This document shows positions 1-11,969 of a DNA stretch of 64,000 nucleotides, piece by piece. Every line of letters starts with the position of its first letter. The stretch's first letter is position 1. The notes under the pieces were generated by a model. The model saw only the letters and a list, made by a program, of their open reading frames with translations, was not told where the DNA came from and did no database searches. Source of the DNA: Basidiobolus meristosporus CBS 931.73 (taxonomy: Eukaryota > Fungi > Basidiobolomycota); the NCBI GenBank assembly GCA_002104905.1, contig MCFE01000303.1, forward strand, positions 35,328-99,327, written 5' to 3'. Position numbers and translations under genes: made by a program.

Positions 1-582
1 TAGGGATAATTGTCGTCATTAGTTCTTTAGTTTAAGATCGCACGATTGGTGGCCACAACGTTGTCATAGAGTTTTAACCCAATATACAACAATAAATCTC
101 TTCTGTTCTATGACCAAGGTACTGTTGGCCGATCATGTTACTGCCCTAAACTGTAATCTAGTCGCATTGCGATGTACTCTGCAAAAGTGGAGTTGTGTGG
201 GAACACAGCTCAAAATAAATGGGAAATGTTATCGATCCAGATGCTCGTTTGTTTGCATTGTGGGGGTGCAACGGTAGTAGCGGTCACCCAACCCCTTAAA
301 TGTTCCAGTTTTTGCAACGCCTCAAGGTAAAGAGCTGGGGTCACCATACATATGGTACTATTATTGTGTGTCAATGACTTCGGATATTACTGTTAAGCTC
401 TGTGTCTACTCTATATGGTCTCTCCATAGCAATAATTAGTACGAGAAAGCATACGATTCATTCCTCTTTATATACTACATAATACTGCGCAGAGCTGTGT
501 ATTTATGAGACAACGTAACCCATGTATTCATGATGAGAGGACGTATAATAGTTGCTGAAATCACAAAGGACGATCGCTACGT

Positions 583-1293
583 TTACATGCGAGGCCCTAT
601 CTGGTTCCCCTTTTTGGCTCTAAGCTTAATGACTGTGATGATGTGTTTTGATACATATGGCCGTGTTGGGTTATTTCCGATAAGCCTGATGTGGATTCGA
701 TTGAGTCTCTGGACCCTGGGATCAATCAGCTGCCTCTCGTTCACGACTATCTGGCCTCCAACTCTTGCTTTGGGCACAGGCCTTGGCTTAGTGATTCCAG
801 GGAATTTCTTCTCCATTTCCTTCTCTAGATTGGCAAATGTTTGTAACATATCCGGGACGGTTTTCTCCAGGCCATCCGTATTGGAATTCACCTGAGAAGC
901 CATTGCCCCTGAAAGAGTGATCGTTTCTTTAGCCAGGGTTACGGATTGTCCCAGGAAGTGAAGGACCTGTCCCAGATTCTTCATTGCCTTGGCCAGCTTC
1001 ACTTTCTGGAATGGGTTGATCACCTCTATATCATCCTGACTCGAGCCTGTATAATAAGGGTTGGGTCGGGGATTTGTGGCAAACCTCCTTATATCATTCA
1101 AGTCACTGTCAATTTGGCTCACATGCGATCTCAGAGACCTGATCTGACCATCTTGGGCTTGATTCCATGCCGACTGCCTCATAATCTCCGCAGATAGAGC
1201 ATCACGACCTGGACCTTTATTCCAGTCTACCGGCTTCGCAATCGAAGCGGGCCATAATAATGTGGCAGCCAAAGCTATGGGATAGAGATGCAT
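583..1293 (-). CDS. Putative secreted protein of unknown function (236 aa from MHLYP)
   Basis: The internal ATG at 1293 begins a signal-peptide-like segment MHLYPIALAATLLWPASIA. The frame is open to TAA, central segments look helical/coiled-coil, and a TATA-like TATATTTAAAT lies at 1403-1413 on the minus strand. Confidence 0.6.
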   Translation of the reverse strand: MHLYPIALAATLLWPASIAKPVDWNKGPGRDALSAEIMRQSAWNQAQDGQIRSLRSHVSQIDSDLNDIRRFATNPRPNPYYTGSSQDDIEVINPFQKVKLAKAMKNLGQVLHFLGQSVTLAKETITLSGAMASQVNSNTDGLEKTVPDMLQTFANLEKEMEKKFPGITKPRPVPKARVGGQIVVNERQLIDPRVQRLNRIHIRLIGNNPTRPYVSKHIITVIKLRAKKGNQIGPRM

Positions 1294-4105
1294 CGCTCTT
1301 AATGCAGAAAACAGGCAGACAAGGGCGAAGAGACAGGAAGCACTTACAGGGGAATAGTATACCTCAATAGCCCCAACCACAGTTCCTTAGTGCAGTCCAC
1401 CAATTTAAATATACCATGCTAACAACTCCTCGCAACTTGGTTTTTCTACAGCCACGATATTCGTCGGTTTCAATTCCCGGTTTGGGTTGTTACAGATATA
1501 GTATGAACCGATGAATTTCAGTGTGTACCATCCAAGCAAGAAGAAACTATCCAGACACAGTGTTTCATCATCCCTAGCTCGTGGGATCGATATTGTCTGA
1601 CGAACGATCGGATGAAATGGTAGTGGATCGACCCTTATGTATAATATCTATATGACAGGAAGGTACTAGTATTGAATGGGCCCGGAGTTCTAAGCTTCGC
1701 TGTAGAGTTGTCTGTAGCAGACAAGGATGTGAAAGGATTGTGAGTGTTAACGTTCGACGGATGCACCTGCTCCAGGAACACTGGGCGTTCTCACGAATAG
1801 GTGCTCAATGAATATTGTAAGCTACACAAGTCCGTGGTGTTCAGGTATAGTCTATAGTCGAACACATTATAACGCAGCACTTCTATCATTGAATTGGCTT
1901 CTTTGATTGAACCTTCGTAATTTCAAGCAGCATACGTTGCACCTTCGGGATGTAATGGAAAACATCTGGGGGTTGGTGTTTATTTGTGAGAATTCTATAG
2001 GTAATATCCTATTCGAAATGGTATGCGACCACAAGCTGTTTTCAAGTCCACGAGGTATAACTATCAAATCTAGCTAATTGTTTACTTGTACCTCCTTAGG
2101 AGTTTTGGTTTTGAGGGCAAGTGCATGCAAGCCTTGAGCAAACTCGTCGTTTAGGAGACCATAGATCATACGATGGCGCTGCATAAGATTCTAAATAAAG
2201 GAAGAAAAGTCACAGTTTAGTGATGGGCTACAGAATGCCGAGAATGCACTAGCAAAAAGGAAGGATTCTCGAGCTACCTTTCCTTCAAATTGGCTAGAGA
2301 CGATCTTGACCCTGGTGAAATGAAGTGGGTGAGCTTTTTCCGATGGTCTATGCTACGTTCTTCATATGGCGGGGAAGGGGACTACCTGAAGTGTGTCTCT
2401 CGACTCGTCACACCTTGCATGGGCTCATGGTGAGCGTGTAAATGAGATTCATTAATGATTTCAAGGCTGTCAGGCTTCAAATTTTCTGTCAACTACGCAG
2501 TATGTTGATTAGAGGATGCTTTTCGAAGCCACTCGAGCTCTACAAACCTTTTTTTGGATACTTTGGTACACTGGTCCGCTCATGGCAACTGTAGTATAGT
2601 GTAGGCGGTTTGGGTTGAGGGTCAATGACTTCAAACGATTGGAAATAAGTGGAAACATGTTTCAACGAAAAATCCGTTTCCAAAAATTTATCTATATCCA
2701 ATTTCACCTGTCTGATACTCTCAAAAAAGATAATCTTTCCCAATCAACACGCACACTGGCGATATTGACTCATTAAAATGGGTATCTGTAAATCCTGATT
2801 CATGTAGCATGAATTACCTCGGTCATTTGGCTCTGGAACCTAGAGGGAATTGATGGATTGTGGAGTGGCCAACTCGAACCGCCTCTGCAACCGGCTCTCA
2901 ACACAACAGTAGGGCGGCCAACACTAGCAGTATGGGGCAATGGCCACCCCTCTAACGGGCTTTGTTTACTATTCCCCCATAGGATTATGCCTAACTGTTC
3001 TCCAAACATAAATACATTTCTTCAAGCGTGTATGCAACAACCACGAGGATTCTAAACAATATCGGAGATACACTTGCTGTGCATCTCACATAGGGTTTGG
3101 TCTATCGATAAGGATCATGGTTCATGGTCTATGGTAGGTGACCTTGCTAACCAAGCTGTGCTGATTTTCTTGAAATTGGCTCACGGGTGCGGTGAATAGT
3201 CCATTGTAAATGCTACGGATGTTACCATGATCGTATCCACTCTTTGAGCTTCCTTTGAATAGTATAATTGCTCGAAATTCATATTAACCATATTGTTGAC
3301 TTCGTAGCCGAATCAAATCCTCACGATACTATTCGGTTGTGGGACTGCATTAGGGAATGGTATGAGAATTTTACGGTGTAGGCCATAAGCAGCACCATTT
3401 TCCCGCTCATACCTGCCCAAAAGGCCACCGGCCACCCTAATCAATACATACAAGGCGGTGGGTTTTCCTAATAGTTTCGAAGCGTACAGCCACTCCTCTT
3501 ACTAGGCTCTCAAATCGGGTATCACCAGCGCTCACGCAAGGCTAACCTCCAAGACATCAGGTTCTGCGAGTGTTACTATGGAGGAGGAAAGCCCTGGAAT
3601 CTTGAGCTTCGCAGGAGTGGATCTGGTTGATTTCCGTACAATGCCGTTTGGAGTCTTCTATTGTATAACCAGGTGCTCGTTTTAATTGGGCCTCAAGTAA
3701 GCTTGGCAATGAAACTAGTACCTCTTGCGTTGCCTGAATCCACACTGAAATAGTACAAATGATACAATGAAGCACCGGGATCAGATCCGGTATCGATATG
3801 CCACTAGCATATATTTGACTCGATCTTAGCTGAGGGGCTTTTGTTGGATCTGTTTGTGTCGATCAGACAGGTGCTGATCCGAGAAATAATTTCTCTGTTT
3901 CAATATCACCTCGCACCTGATTGGTAGCTAATCGATTCCACATTTAGGGGGATGTATAGTGCCTCGAATTGCTCGCCTGGCCTTGAGGTTGGTAGGTACA
4001 TATGAGGAGGGCCTATGCGAATGAGATCATCCATCCATTATACTGCATATGCCCAAATTAAATTAGACATGGGTTGCTATTTACTCGATAGATCACTGCA
4101 TTATC

Positions 4106-4115
4106 TATATATAAA
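4106..4115 (+). promoter_or_regulatory. TATA box upstream of GH8 gene
   Basis: TATATATAAA about 40 bp upstream of the ATG at 4154; an AATAAA lies at 5323-5328 downstream of the stop. Confidence 0.5.
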
Positions 4116-4153
4116 GCATCACTCCACCTTTTATAGATTATTTCTTAACCATC

Positions 4154-5221
4154 ATGAGCCATCTTATTGAACAGAAGTACGTTGCTTGGAGGAATCGCTA
4201 CGTCCGTTCGGCCAACGGCAATAGTTTCTACGTTTATTACAACGACAAAGATGAGCTCGAGAAGATTGGAAACCTCAAACCCATCACCTGCAGCGAGGCC
4301 CATGGCTACGGAATGCTTATCTCCGTATTGAAAGGAAACCCCTACGACTTCGAGTGTATGGTTCGCTACTTCGATAGCTTCAGGAATAAGAAAGGTCTCA
4401 TGGCTTGGCAACAAGTGATGGACTTACGTTCTGGGCAAATCTCCAACGCCCCTGACGGTGGTGATAATTGTGCTACCGACGGGGATGTCGACATAGCTGC
4501 TGCACTCTTTATTGCTGCCAAAACATGGAATAACCCCTCGTACAGGGATAGGGCTGTGTCTCTATGTAAAGCCATATATGACCACTGTGTAAACTGGAAC
4601 ACCTGCATGTTCCGTCTGGGCGATTGGGTCGAGAGTGGCTCCAAGCACGACAAACTTACTCGTCCCTCTGATTTCCTTCTTACCCACTTGTTGCTGTTCT
4701 CCAGAGAGGACGCACCTGAGAGAAGAGATGGCTGGATTCGCATGCTGGAAGCTACTGTTCGCACAGTCGAGCGTCAGTTGACTTTTCACCCTCAAACCGG
4801 GCTAATTGCAGATTTTTTAGAGCATAACGGACACGAGTATGTCCCAGTGAAAGGTGAGGTTCTAGAGAGTAAGCATGACAAAGATTACAATTGGAATAGT
4901 TGTCGTGTCCCCTGGCGTCTTACCATCTACTATATCGAGTCGCGCGACACTCGTGTGTATCCCATTCTCCAAGCTCAGGCAAACTTCTTCGCACATCAGT
5001 CGGAAGTCAAGGCCGGTTACCAGTTGGATGGCAAGGCCCTGGTTGATTACACGGATCTTGCCTTCATGGCACCTGCCGCACTCTCCATGTGGTTAATCAA
5101 CCATCCAAATCTCCCCAAGATCCAGAAGCAGATGGAAGAGATGGATGACAACGCTTATTTCGGCGAGACTATTGCTCTGCTATGCCAGCTACAAATCACC
5201 AGACCTCACTTCACTGTCTAA
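4154..5221 (+). CDS. Glycoside hydrolase family 8, GH8b-like (chitosanase/lichenase type), no signal peptide
   Basis: 355-aa intronless ORF with GH8 motifs TCSEAHGYGML (acid Glu), ATDGDVDIAAAL, TRPSDF and LESKHDKDYNWNSCRVPWRL. Confidence 0.92.
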   Translation: MSHLIEQKYVAWRNRYVRSANGNSFYVYYNDKDELEKIGNLKPITCSEAHGYGMLISVLKGNPYDFECMVRYFDSFRNKKGLMAWQQVMDLRSGQISNAPDGGDNCATDGDVDIAAALFIAAKTWNNPSYRDRAVSLCKAIYDHCVNWNTCMFRLGDWVESGSKHDKLTRPSDFLLTHLLLFSREDAPERRDGWIRMLEATVRTVERQLTFHPQTGLIADFLEHNGHEYVPVKGEVLESKHDKDYNWNSCRVPWRLTIYYIESRDTRVYPILQAQANFFAHQSEVKAGYQLDGKALVDYTDLAFMAPAALSMWLINHPNLPKIQKQMEEMDDNAYFGETIALLCQLQITRPHFTV

Positions 5222-5410
5222 GTGGTAAATACCCGAGTGATCTTGACCTAATGACAGCCTCCTACCAGCCTCTACGTACATTGACCTCCGCTACCTCATT
5301 ATAAAGCCATACCATGTTAACTAATAAAGGCCTCTAATCGTGTAGAATTTACATCAATTTATATTACGGTTTTAGGGTAATGTTCAAGCATTGGTGTTGC
5401 GGAGCCTGGT

Positions 5411-5614
5411 TTACGGATTCTCGTGGGATGATTTCTCTTTCGGCTTCTCATTACTGTCCTTACTCTTTGCGGAAGGTTGGTGCTTGGCATGGGCTTCGGC
5501 ATTTTCCTGTTTAGTGATTCCATGGGATTGCATCGACTCGCTCCCCAAAATCCCGCCGAGAGCTTCCTCGAGAAGCCCTGTGCCAGCTTCGATCTCCTCT
5601 TTTTGATGGCTCAT
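5411..5614 (-). CDS. Small hydrophilic protein (67 aa), hypothetical
   Basis: ATG at 5614 (MSHQKEE...), E/K/S/H-rich composition, TATATATAT at ~5660 about 45 bp upstream, convergent with GH8. Confidence 0.35.
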   Translation of the reverse strand: MSHQKEEIEAGTGLLEEALGGILGSESMQSHGITKQENAEAHAKHQPSAKSKDSNEKPKEKSSHENP

Positions 5615-6138
5615 AAACACTCGTGTTGCGCTGGCGGGCCACCGCATTTGCCGCACACTTATATATATCGTGGCTCGAATAACGTCATCCTTGCCGTGAC
5701 AGTGTCATTACGTAACATGGCCTTTTAGAGAAGTCATGATCAAAGCTTGGCCGGACCCGGGCTCCATGTCTGTTGTCCCTGAAATCATTGGAATCCCATA
5801 ACCCACCTATGCATCCGGTTCACTCATCAGGAGCAATGGTGGGCGTCTGAACCAACCAACCAGTTATCTCCCATATATGTTTACAATGGAGTTACAAATA
5901 GAGTTTGAACTGGTCCAAACATGGCCCAATTAATCTCCATCAATTATTTAAGCTACACCCAGGACTGAGCTGGTTGATTGGCTGGGAGTCTACTTGCTTG
6001 TGCCAATAGTCTGACGGCTAGGTTCAGGACTGCACTCAAGAGCTTCAAATTTTCCTCTCTTTGTTCCATATACCTGAGGACACCTGGAAAGCATTGTAAA
6101 TAGCAGCATATTCAGGGAAATAGTTGACATAATTTGGA

Positions 6139-6881
6139 ATGGAAGCCCAGTCGCGATCTTTGATTGCCACCAGCACGGTGGGGAAGTCTGAGCGCAACGG
6201 CTCAACTGGTAATGGAAATGGAGCGGCGCAAAGTACGCTGGCCTCTTCGAACGACGCCACCGCCGTCGCTCGAAAAACGCCCTCGCTATCGCTGATGCCG
6301 GTTGACGGGGATATGAACGTGGTCCGGGTTCATTTCGGTAAGTCGATTGTTTTTGGGATACCTTGCTTCTACTTGCGGCGATAACCGACCCACATATGGT
6401 AGAGACCAGCAACGACTCGGTAGTCATGCTGAAAACCACGCTGCTTATCACCTGCCTTCTGGTTATCGTATGGTTTCTCTACGCCGTCATCTCCCAGGAT
6501 ATTTTGCCGAAACTGCGCCAGCCCACCTCGTTCTTTTCGTTCTTGAATTTCCGAACCGTCGTCCCCTTCGTCATGGTCATGTGGTTTATCGCTTTTTGCC
6601 TCCTCTCTCACCTGATCCACTTGAACTTCGACTTACCACCTGGGGGAGAGATGCTGTTTGCTGACACCCGGAGCGAGACCTCTCAGTGCAACGTTTGCGT
6701 CTTGCCCGGCGGGGGTGTGAGCATATTGCAGTTCGATAAGGAGAGGTCCTTCCTCCTAAAAGGCGGGGTCCAGGAGGAAGAAGAGGAGAAAGAACTTCAG
6801 CTTCGGAGAGGTGGTCGCAGTGCTCGCAACGAAACCTCTGAAGGGATTGAATTGCGGGTAGTGGAGCCTAGCCGAGTCTGA
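6139..6881 (+). CDS. Two-exon membrane protein of unknown function (exons 6139-6337, 6403-6881)
   Basis: A 65-nt intron (GTAAGT at 6338, GATAAC branch-like motif at 6380, TAG ending 6402) joins ORF 6139..6384 in frame to ORF 6363..6881, which has two hydrophobic transmembrane-like segments. Confidence 0.6.
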
Positions 6882-7299
6882 GGGCCCAGCACGCAGGTGT
6901 GAACACAACCTCGGTCGAATAGTGACCCTCTTCTTCCCACCCTTGGGCTTTCATCCTCCCCTACGATTTTGCTGGCATGGGGTATACCCTTAACTACGGA
7001 TTCCTTGGTCGCAGCTGGAATTGCATCATCCCCGGCTTCTGCCCTGTTAGGTTCTCCCGAACCTCATACTCCCTTACCATATCACACAATGCTACTGTTG
7101 CGCCGACCTACCTAGCTCGCATTGTGTATATTGCCCTGATAACACTAGGCCAATTTCGCTTGTTTCAATCAATCTTCCGGGTGCCAATAAATGGGGCCAA
7201 TCTCCCTGATCAGTGAGGATACTCTAAGTAGCCACTTCTCATTCCACACTATAATCTATACTTGTTATGGCCCTATCCCTGCGCATCATACTACATCCA

Positions 7300-8812
7300 C
7301 CATAAAACCAATAAATCACTAGCTGTTGTTGGTGAGGCCCCAACAGTGTCTTGCTGTACACATGTGGACTACATGATGTTATACCCTGGCAAGTGGTGTG
7401 CTAGGCATGGTCCCTGGAATCCCTGGCACCTGATTACACAACTTACCTCAAGGTCTGCCAAGTGTAATTTAGATGGAAGTGACTAGTATGGGATACTGTG
7501 GGAAAAGCCATAGGCTCCCCCACTTAGAATATCAAAGGTATTTTGAAAATATTCCCAATTCTCTCTCAGAGACTCAATGGAAGGTACCATTAAAAGACTG
7601 TCACAAAGTGCCTTATAAGTTGATGATATTATTCAAGCATTGGTGAAGTACTGTTAGAATAGATTCTCTGCCCAGGCACAGCGGCACTTTAGTCAAAATT
7701 CTCAATCCTAGATCTAAGGTCCCACCAAATGATTGGCATTTGATTCCCTCCCCTTCCAATCTTATTATATATCTTCGCCAGTGTCTTTCTATTGAGATCC
7801 TAGATGTGTTGTGTGGATTAAGCCCCAAGAAAAAGAGCTTGCAAAGGGCCAGCAGAATGCCAGTACAACACCAGTAGAAATCTAGCTTTTCTTAATGCTA
7901 CAACTTTCAGCATCAGAGGCTCTAAGCCTTTTAAGGACTAGTAGACAGATATCCTAGAAGTTGCTATACCCCAGTATTTGTCATTCCAATTAGAGTAGTA
8001 GTCTGATCACTGCAATATTTTAACTGAGAAATGAATTAATAAATGCCAGTCAAACACCAAATGAAAGGTATGACCAAAATATCCACTGGAACTGGCAGAT
8101 TTTGACAGAGACTAGTAGTGTTTAGAAGTCATCACACACATAACTGTATGACAGTAAACTAGCCTACTAGGCTACTCACTATAGCTTTCCAGACAAAATG
8201 ATGTCAAATATGTTGTAAGAGTCTTGGACATATTGGAAGTAATTGGGAGAACAAGTAGACCATGTGGCTTTCACTTAATAATTTATTGAATGTAACAGTA
8301 GTATTTAAACTTTTACATGGTCTTGGCATTACCAACACATAGAATAGGCTAAGGAAGGTCCCAAGAGCATGTGTGCAAAGTCTTGGGCTGTTTGGGCAAC
8401 TTTGAGAATTTTCATGTTCAGGGCACCTGGTATTTTGTTGAAATATTCCAAGTAAATCCCAACAAGGAATTTGGTCAGTATTCTCTAGGATTTGAGGGTA
8501 ATGATCTAAGTGACTAAGTTAGGTGAATATTTAGGTGGAATTACAAATTTTTACAACACAAAATACCTTCAAAATACCAGCAGAATACCAGTTGAAATTC
8601 CAATGGATTCCAGCTTTGAGATTTTTTTAAGGGTATACTCTACCACTGAGGAGGAAGATGCCACTGCTGGTCTATAAAGAGTAATTGCGTTCAACTCTTT
8701 TATTATTAAAAAGCTTCTGCATACCTTTTGAGTTCTAAAATGCTCTAAATTTTATTGTCTTAAAACAGTATCCAATGTTGAACAATTAGTCAATATCCTG
8801 CTTAATGTTATT
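7300..8812. repeat. Degenerate CpG-depleted repeat-derived DNA, unclassified
   Basis: No credible ORF, near absence of CpG, recurring motifs such as CCAGCAGAAT(G/A)CCAGT and AAATATTCC. The left boundary is approximate. Confidence 0.35.
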
Positions 8813-9143
8813 CCCTATGAAAAATTATTTTAACAATCCCATCAAAAGGCCATCACAAAGTTAAAAACCTGTGACTAAGGGGTACTGATCCCATCAGGAC
8901 ACCATCCAGGGACTGCTTAAAAATAATTGCACCCTAGATTTCACTAAAAAGTTGGTCAAAATTTTTCATCACAATAATATATAAGTGGCTTTTGATTGGT
9001 TCCCTGCCAATTAGCTCACTTTCTGATCCTGGACACTCTATCACCTCCTACATTTGTGTGCATTGATTGGCTATTGCCTCTTTTTCACACTCCTTACTTC
9101 CTGACTCAACTGTTCCTCTTACTTTTTGTGCATACAAATTGAT

Positions 9144-9446
9144 TTATTTCCATTGAAACTTCAGTTGTACCTCACTTGCCAATTGTATTGACCTATACAA
9201 GTCCCTATACCCTACACTAACATTAAGCCCAACCCCACACTCAACAAGTAACTCCATTAAAATCCACCACTCAATAAGTATTTCTGCTGTAACACTCTGG
9301 CTCCACAACTTTGGTGTGAACCCAATGGCTTTATACCACTGTTCATTCACTGGTTCCCACACATCTGGGTCTTCAGCTGGCACTGCAAGGTCTAGCACCT
9401 CATCTGCCAGTCTTTGCAATAAATCCTTGCAATATTTAAGTACATT
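9144..9446 (-). pseudogene. 3' part of CACTA-like ORF2, separated from the rest by the Harbinger-like insertion
   Basis: Joining 9446 to 20383 gives sequence collinear with the uninterrupted paralog at ~32945-33060. Confidence 0.7.
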
Positions 9447-9629
9447 AGACTTGTTCCGTTGGATAGTGCCACATAGTGCCAGCCTGTTTATGGTTCCGGA
9501 TTGATCTGGCACCCTACGGCACTATCTGGCACTATAATTTCTACCATGATGCCTGTGGTATGATACAGCTACTGGTAATTTTACTCAATCTTACTTATGT
9601 TGCTGAGAATAGTGCTTTCCTTGCTTTAT

Positions 9630-10514
9630 TTACTCTTCATAATGCTCCAGACACATTTCTCTCAGTGGATGTCTTCTTGTATGAACATACTGTACATTAA
9701 TAAGTATCTTAACTATTTTACCTATTCTGCTGTTTTCTCCTATATATGACTTTCCTCTGTATTTACCTGCCAATATGCTGAATCTCTTCAGATATCCAAA
9801 TGTGTGCTCTACCCTTACTCTGAAATGAATAAATATCTCATTGTAGAGCTTCTGCTTCCTGCTAAGTACACCATTCCTTGGCTTCCTATAAGCTGTAATA
9901 CATCTTAATCTCTGACAATCCTCTCCTATATAAGCTAAGTCTGCCATACATTTCTCCCCTCTACTGAATTCAGGATGATTCTCTACCCAGAGTGCTTTGT
10001 CATGCCTACTTCCAGCAAATGGCCCACTAAACCAGATGATGTTACCCTCAATGTCAGACAGTGCTTGAAACTTCACACAGTGTGCCTTGTACTTGCCAGA
10101 ATAAAAGTGCCTCTGCCCTCTAGAAGGTCTGTTAATCCTCACTGGGAAGGTATCCAAAATACTCCTGATATGGAACCTGTTGCTGAACACTCTGGGATAT
10201 GGAAGTCTATTGGAGCTTCTGAACCTAGTATTCCAAGCTTGCTCTAAGTCATTCATACCCTCTGCAAGGTGGTTCTCCATTGCTGTCAGCTGGGAATGAA
10301 AGCTTCTAGGACTTTTGTTGCCATGGATGGTGGGATGAAACCTTGTAGGGCAATAGTTCTTGCAATAGCAGAGAAGCTTGACAAGGGATCTCCTTGAGTA
10401 GATTGGGGTTGATGGTCCACAGTACTTGGAATAGATCTCCTCTAGTGTGTCAAAAGGAAATCCAGTGGTAGTGATGGGATTGATGAGAAAAGACCATTTA
10501 GATGAGTAAGTCAT
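9630..10514 (-). CDS. DDE_Tnp_4-type transposase (IS5/ISL2/Harbinger family)
   Basis: Motifs LDTFPVRINRP (D1), YSGKYKAH, GPFAGSRHD, MADLAY (D2), RVRVEHTFGYLKRF (E). Start at MTYSS is shared with the paralog at 46165. Confidence 0.9.
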   Translation of the reverse strand: MTYSSKWSFLINPITTTGFPFDTLEEIYSKYCGPSTPIYSRRSLVKLLCYCKNYCPTRFHPTIHGNKSPRSFHSQLTAMENHLAEGMNDLEQAWNTRFRSSNRLPYPRVFSNRFHIRSILDTFPVRINRPSRGQRHFYSGKYKAHCVKFQALSDIEGNIIWFSGPFAGSRHDKALWVENHPEFSRGEKCMADLAYIGEDCQRLRCITAYRKPRNGVLSRKQKLYNEIFIHFRVRVEHTFGYLKRFSILAGKYRGKSYIGENSRIGKIVKILINVQYVHTRRHPLREMCLEHYEE

Positions 10515-10966
10515 ATTAAAATTGGTGGATGATTGTATTAAGGTGGTTTGAATCAATTTGGCGCAATCCGCCTTATTTATCTGATTTTTAATACATTATG
10601 GTTAAATCTCCATCAATTGCCATGTATCTCATCATTATGTTGCAAAAATCATCCGCAAACAATGCCTTGGTACTTTTATTGATGCTTTAATCATAGGTCT
10701 ATAATCAAATAGGAAATCTGCGATTGATGTGATCTGATCCGTGTCAACGCAATCCGAGATGCATCATGCATAATATATGGAAAATTCAACAATCACATTA
10801 GTTTTCATATATATTTCATATAAGACCAGGTTGATGCCAATATACTGCTGTATAAGTATCCAAATCCGTTGCTATGGTCCCCATACCAAGCCTCAACTCA
10901 TCTTTAGTACAACCCAGACAAAACCCATCCCCCAGCTCACAAGCACGGTCCGGACCGGAAAAGTCA

Positions 10967-11579
10967 ATGTCAGATCCGTTTGAGTTCTCGCCAAATGATT
11001 TTAGTATGGCCCAAGTGTCTATGATGAGCCTTCATACAGATATTTGGGCACTACTGATTAATCTAGCAGAACTAGATACCTCAGAGAGTCAACAAAGATG
11101 GAAGAATTTGAGTAGAAAGCTGTGGCATGAGTTCTACATCAAGAAGCCAGCCTATGTATGTAAAAAGATATATAACAAGACAAGTATTGAAATCAAGAAT
11201 GAGCTGAGAGTGAGGGGATTTGACAAAGAAGCCGTGAGGGAGCAATTTCACGCGCAATTTGCACAGTACGGGCCGGACGCATCCGTTTGTGCCTCAACTT
11301 TGGGAACCAAAGAGATTTTGAATGAGTTTTTGCCTCAAATGACTAATGTACTATGTGATATATTAGTAGAGCTAAGTGGCTTCCAAGAGCAATATACACA
11401 GGACTCATCCAGGCAACAGCTCCAAAGTATCAGACAGAGGGTAAGTGAATACCTTGAGGAATCAGATGGTGAGCTTCAGGAGGAAGAATACAGACCGCAA
11501 GCAACATCATCCAGATTGCGCCAGCACGCCTTGCTGGATTCCCTACCATCTCTTGCAACCACAGCGCGCCGGCACACGT
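10967..11579 (+). CDS. Harbinger-like element ORF2, 5' part (interrupted by Gypsy-1)
   Basis: Divergent from the transposase; continues in frame at 19095 once Gypsy-1 is removed; uninterrupted paralog at 46616-47769. Confidence 0.75.
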
Positions 11580-11965
11580 CGTGAGTACTCAATGTAGTAC
11601 CCACTCTTTGCCCAAGAGTTCTCCCAAGAGTTCCCTCCAGAGTCCTACCCAAAGTCCTCCAGTACCCTCCCTATGATTCCCCCACGTGTCCTCCCCTCCT
11701 ATCCCTGCCCTTATCTAGTTAGAACACTTACCATAACAGGAAGGTGTTCACACCCCTATTTTATAACACATTGTCTATTGTCTAAGCCCCCCAAGTGATA
11801 TATATATCTACCCAAATGAACCAGGAAGAACAACGAGATTGGGACGAAATAAACAGAAGTCTTTATTACCTTGCTACCTTCTATTGGAAGCTATTCTGAA
11901 CCAAGTGGTACTGACATGACCTACAAGCTCTCCCACTCACCAAGTACAGTCAGTAATAACCCACA
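11580..11965 (+). repeat. Gypsy-1 5' LTR (386 bp)
   Basis: Direct repeat of 18703-19089 with three differences found (first base, one C in a C-run, one A/T). Confidence 0.95.
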
Positions 11966-11969
11966 TATT

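Noticed and set aside
1400-4100. Short ORFs (1867..2067, 2540..2743, 2858..3055, 3557..3775) as exons of a gene
   Set aside because: I could not build a consistent splice model or find recognisable motifs; a multi-exon gene is not excluded without RNA-seq.
11609-11670. Short repeated CCCAAGAGTT-like units resembling a CRISPR or satellite array
   Set aside because: Degenerate internal LTR repeats present in both LTRs, with no spacers and no cas genes.
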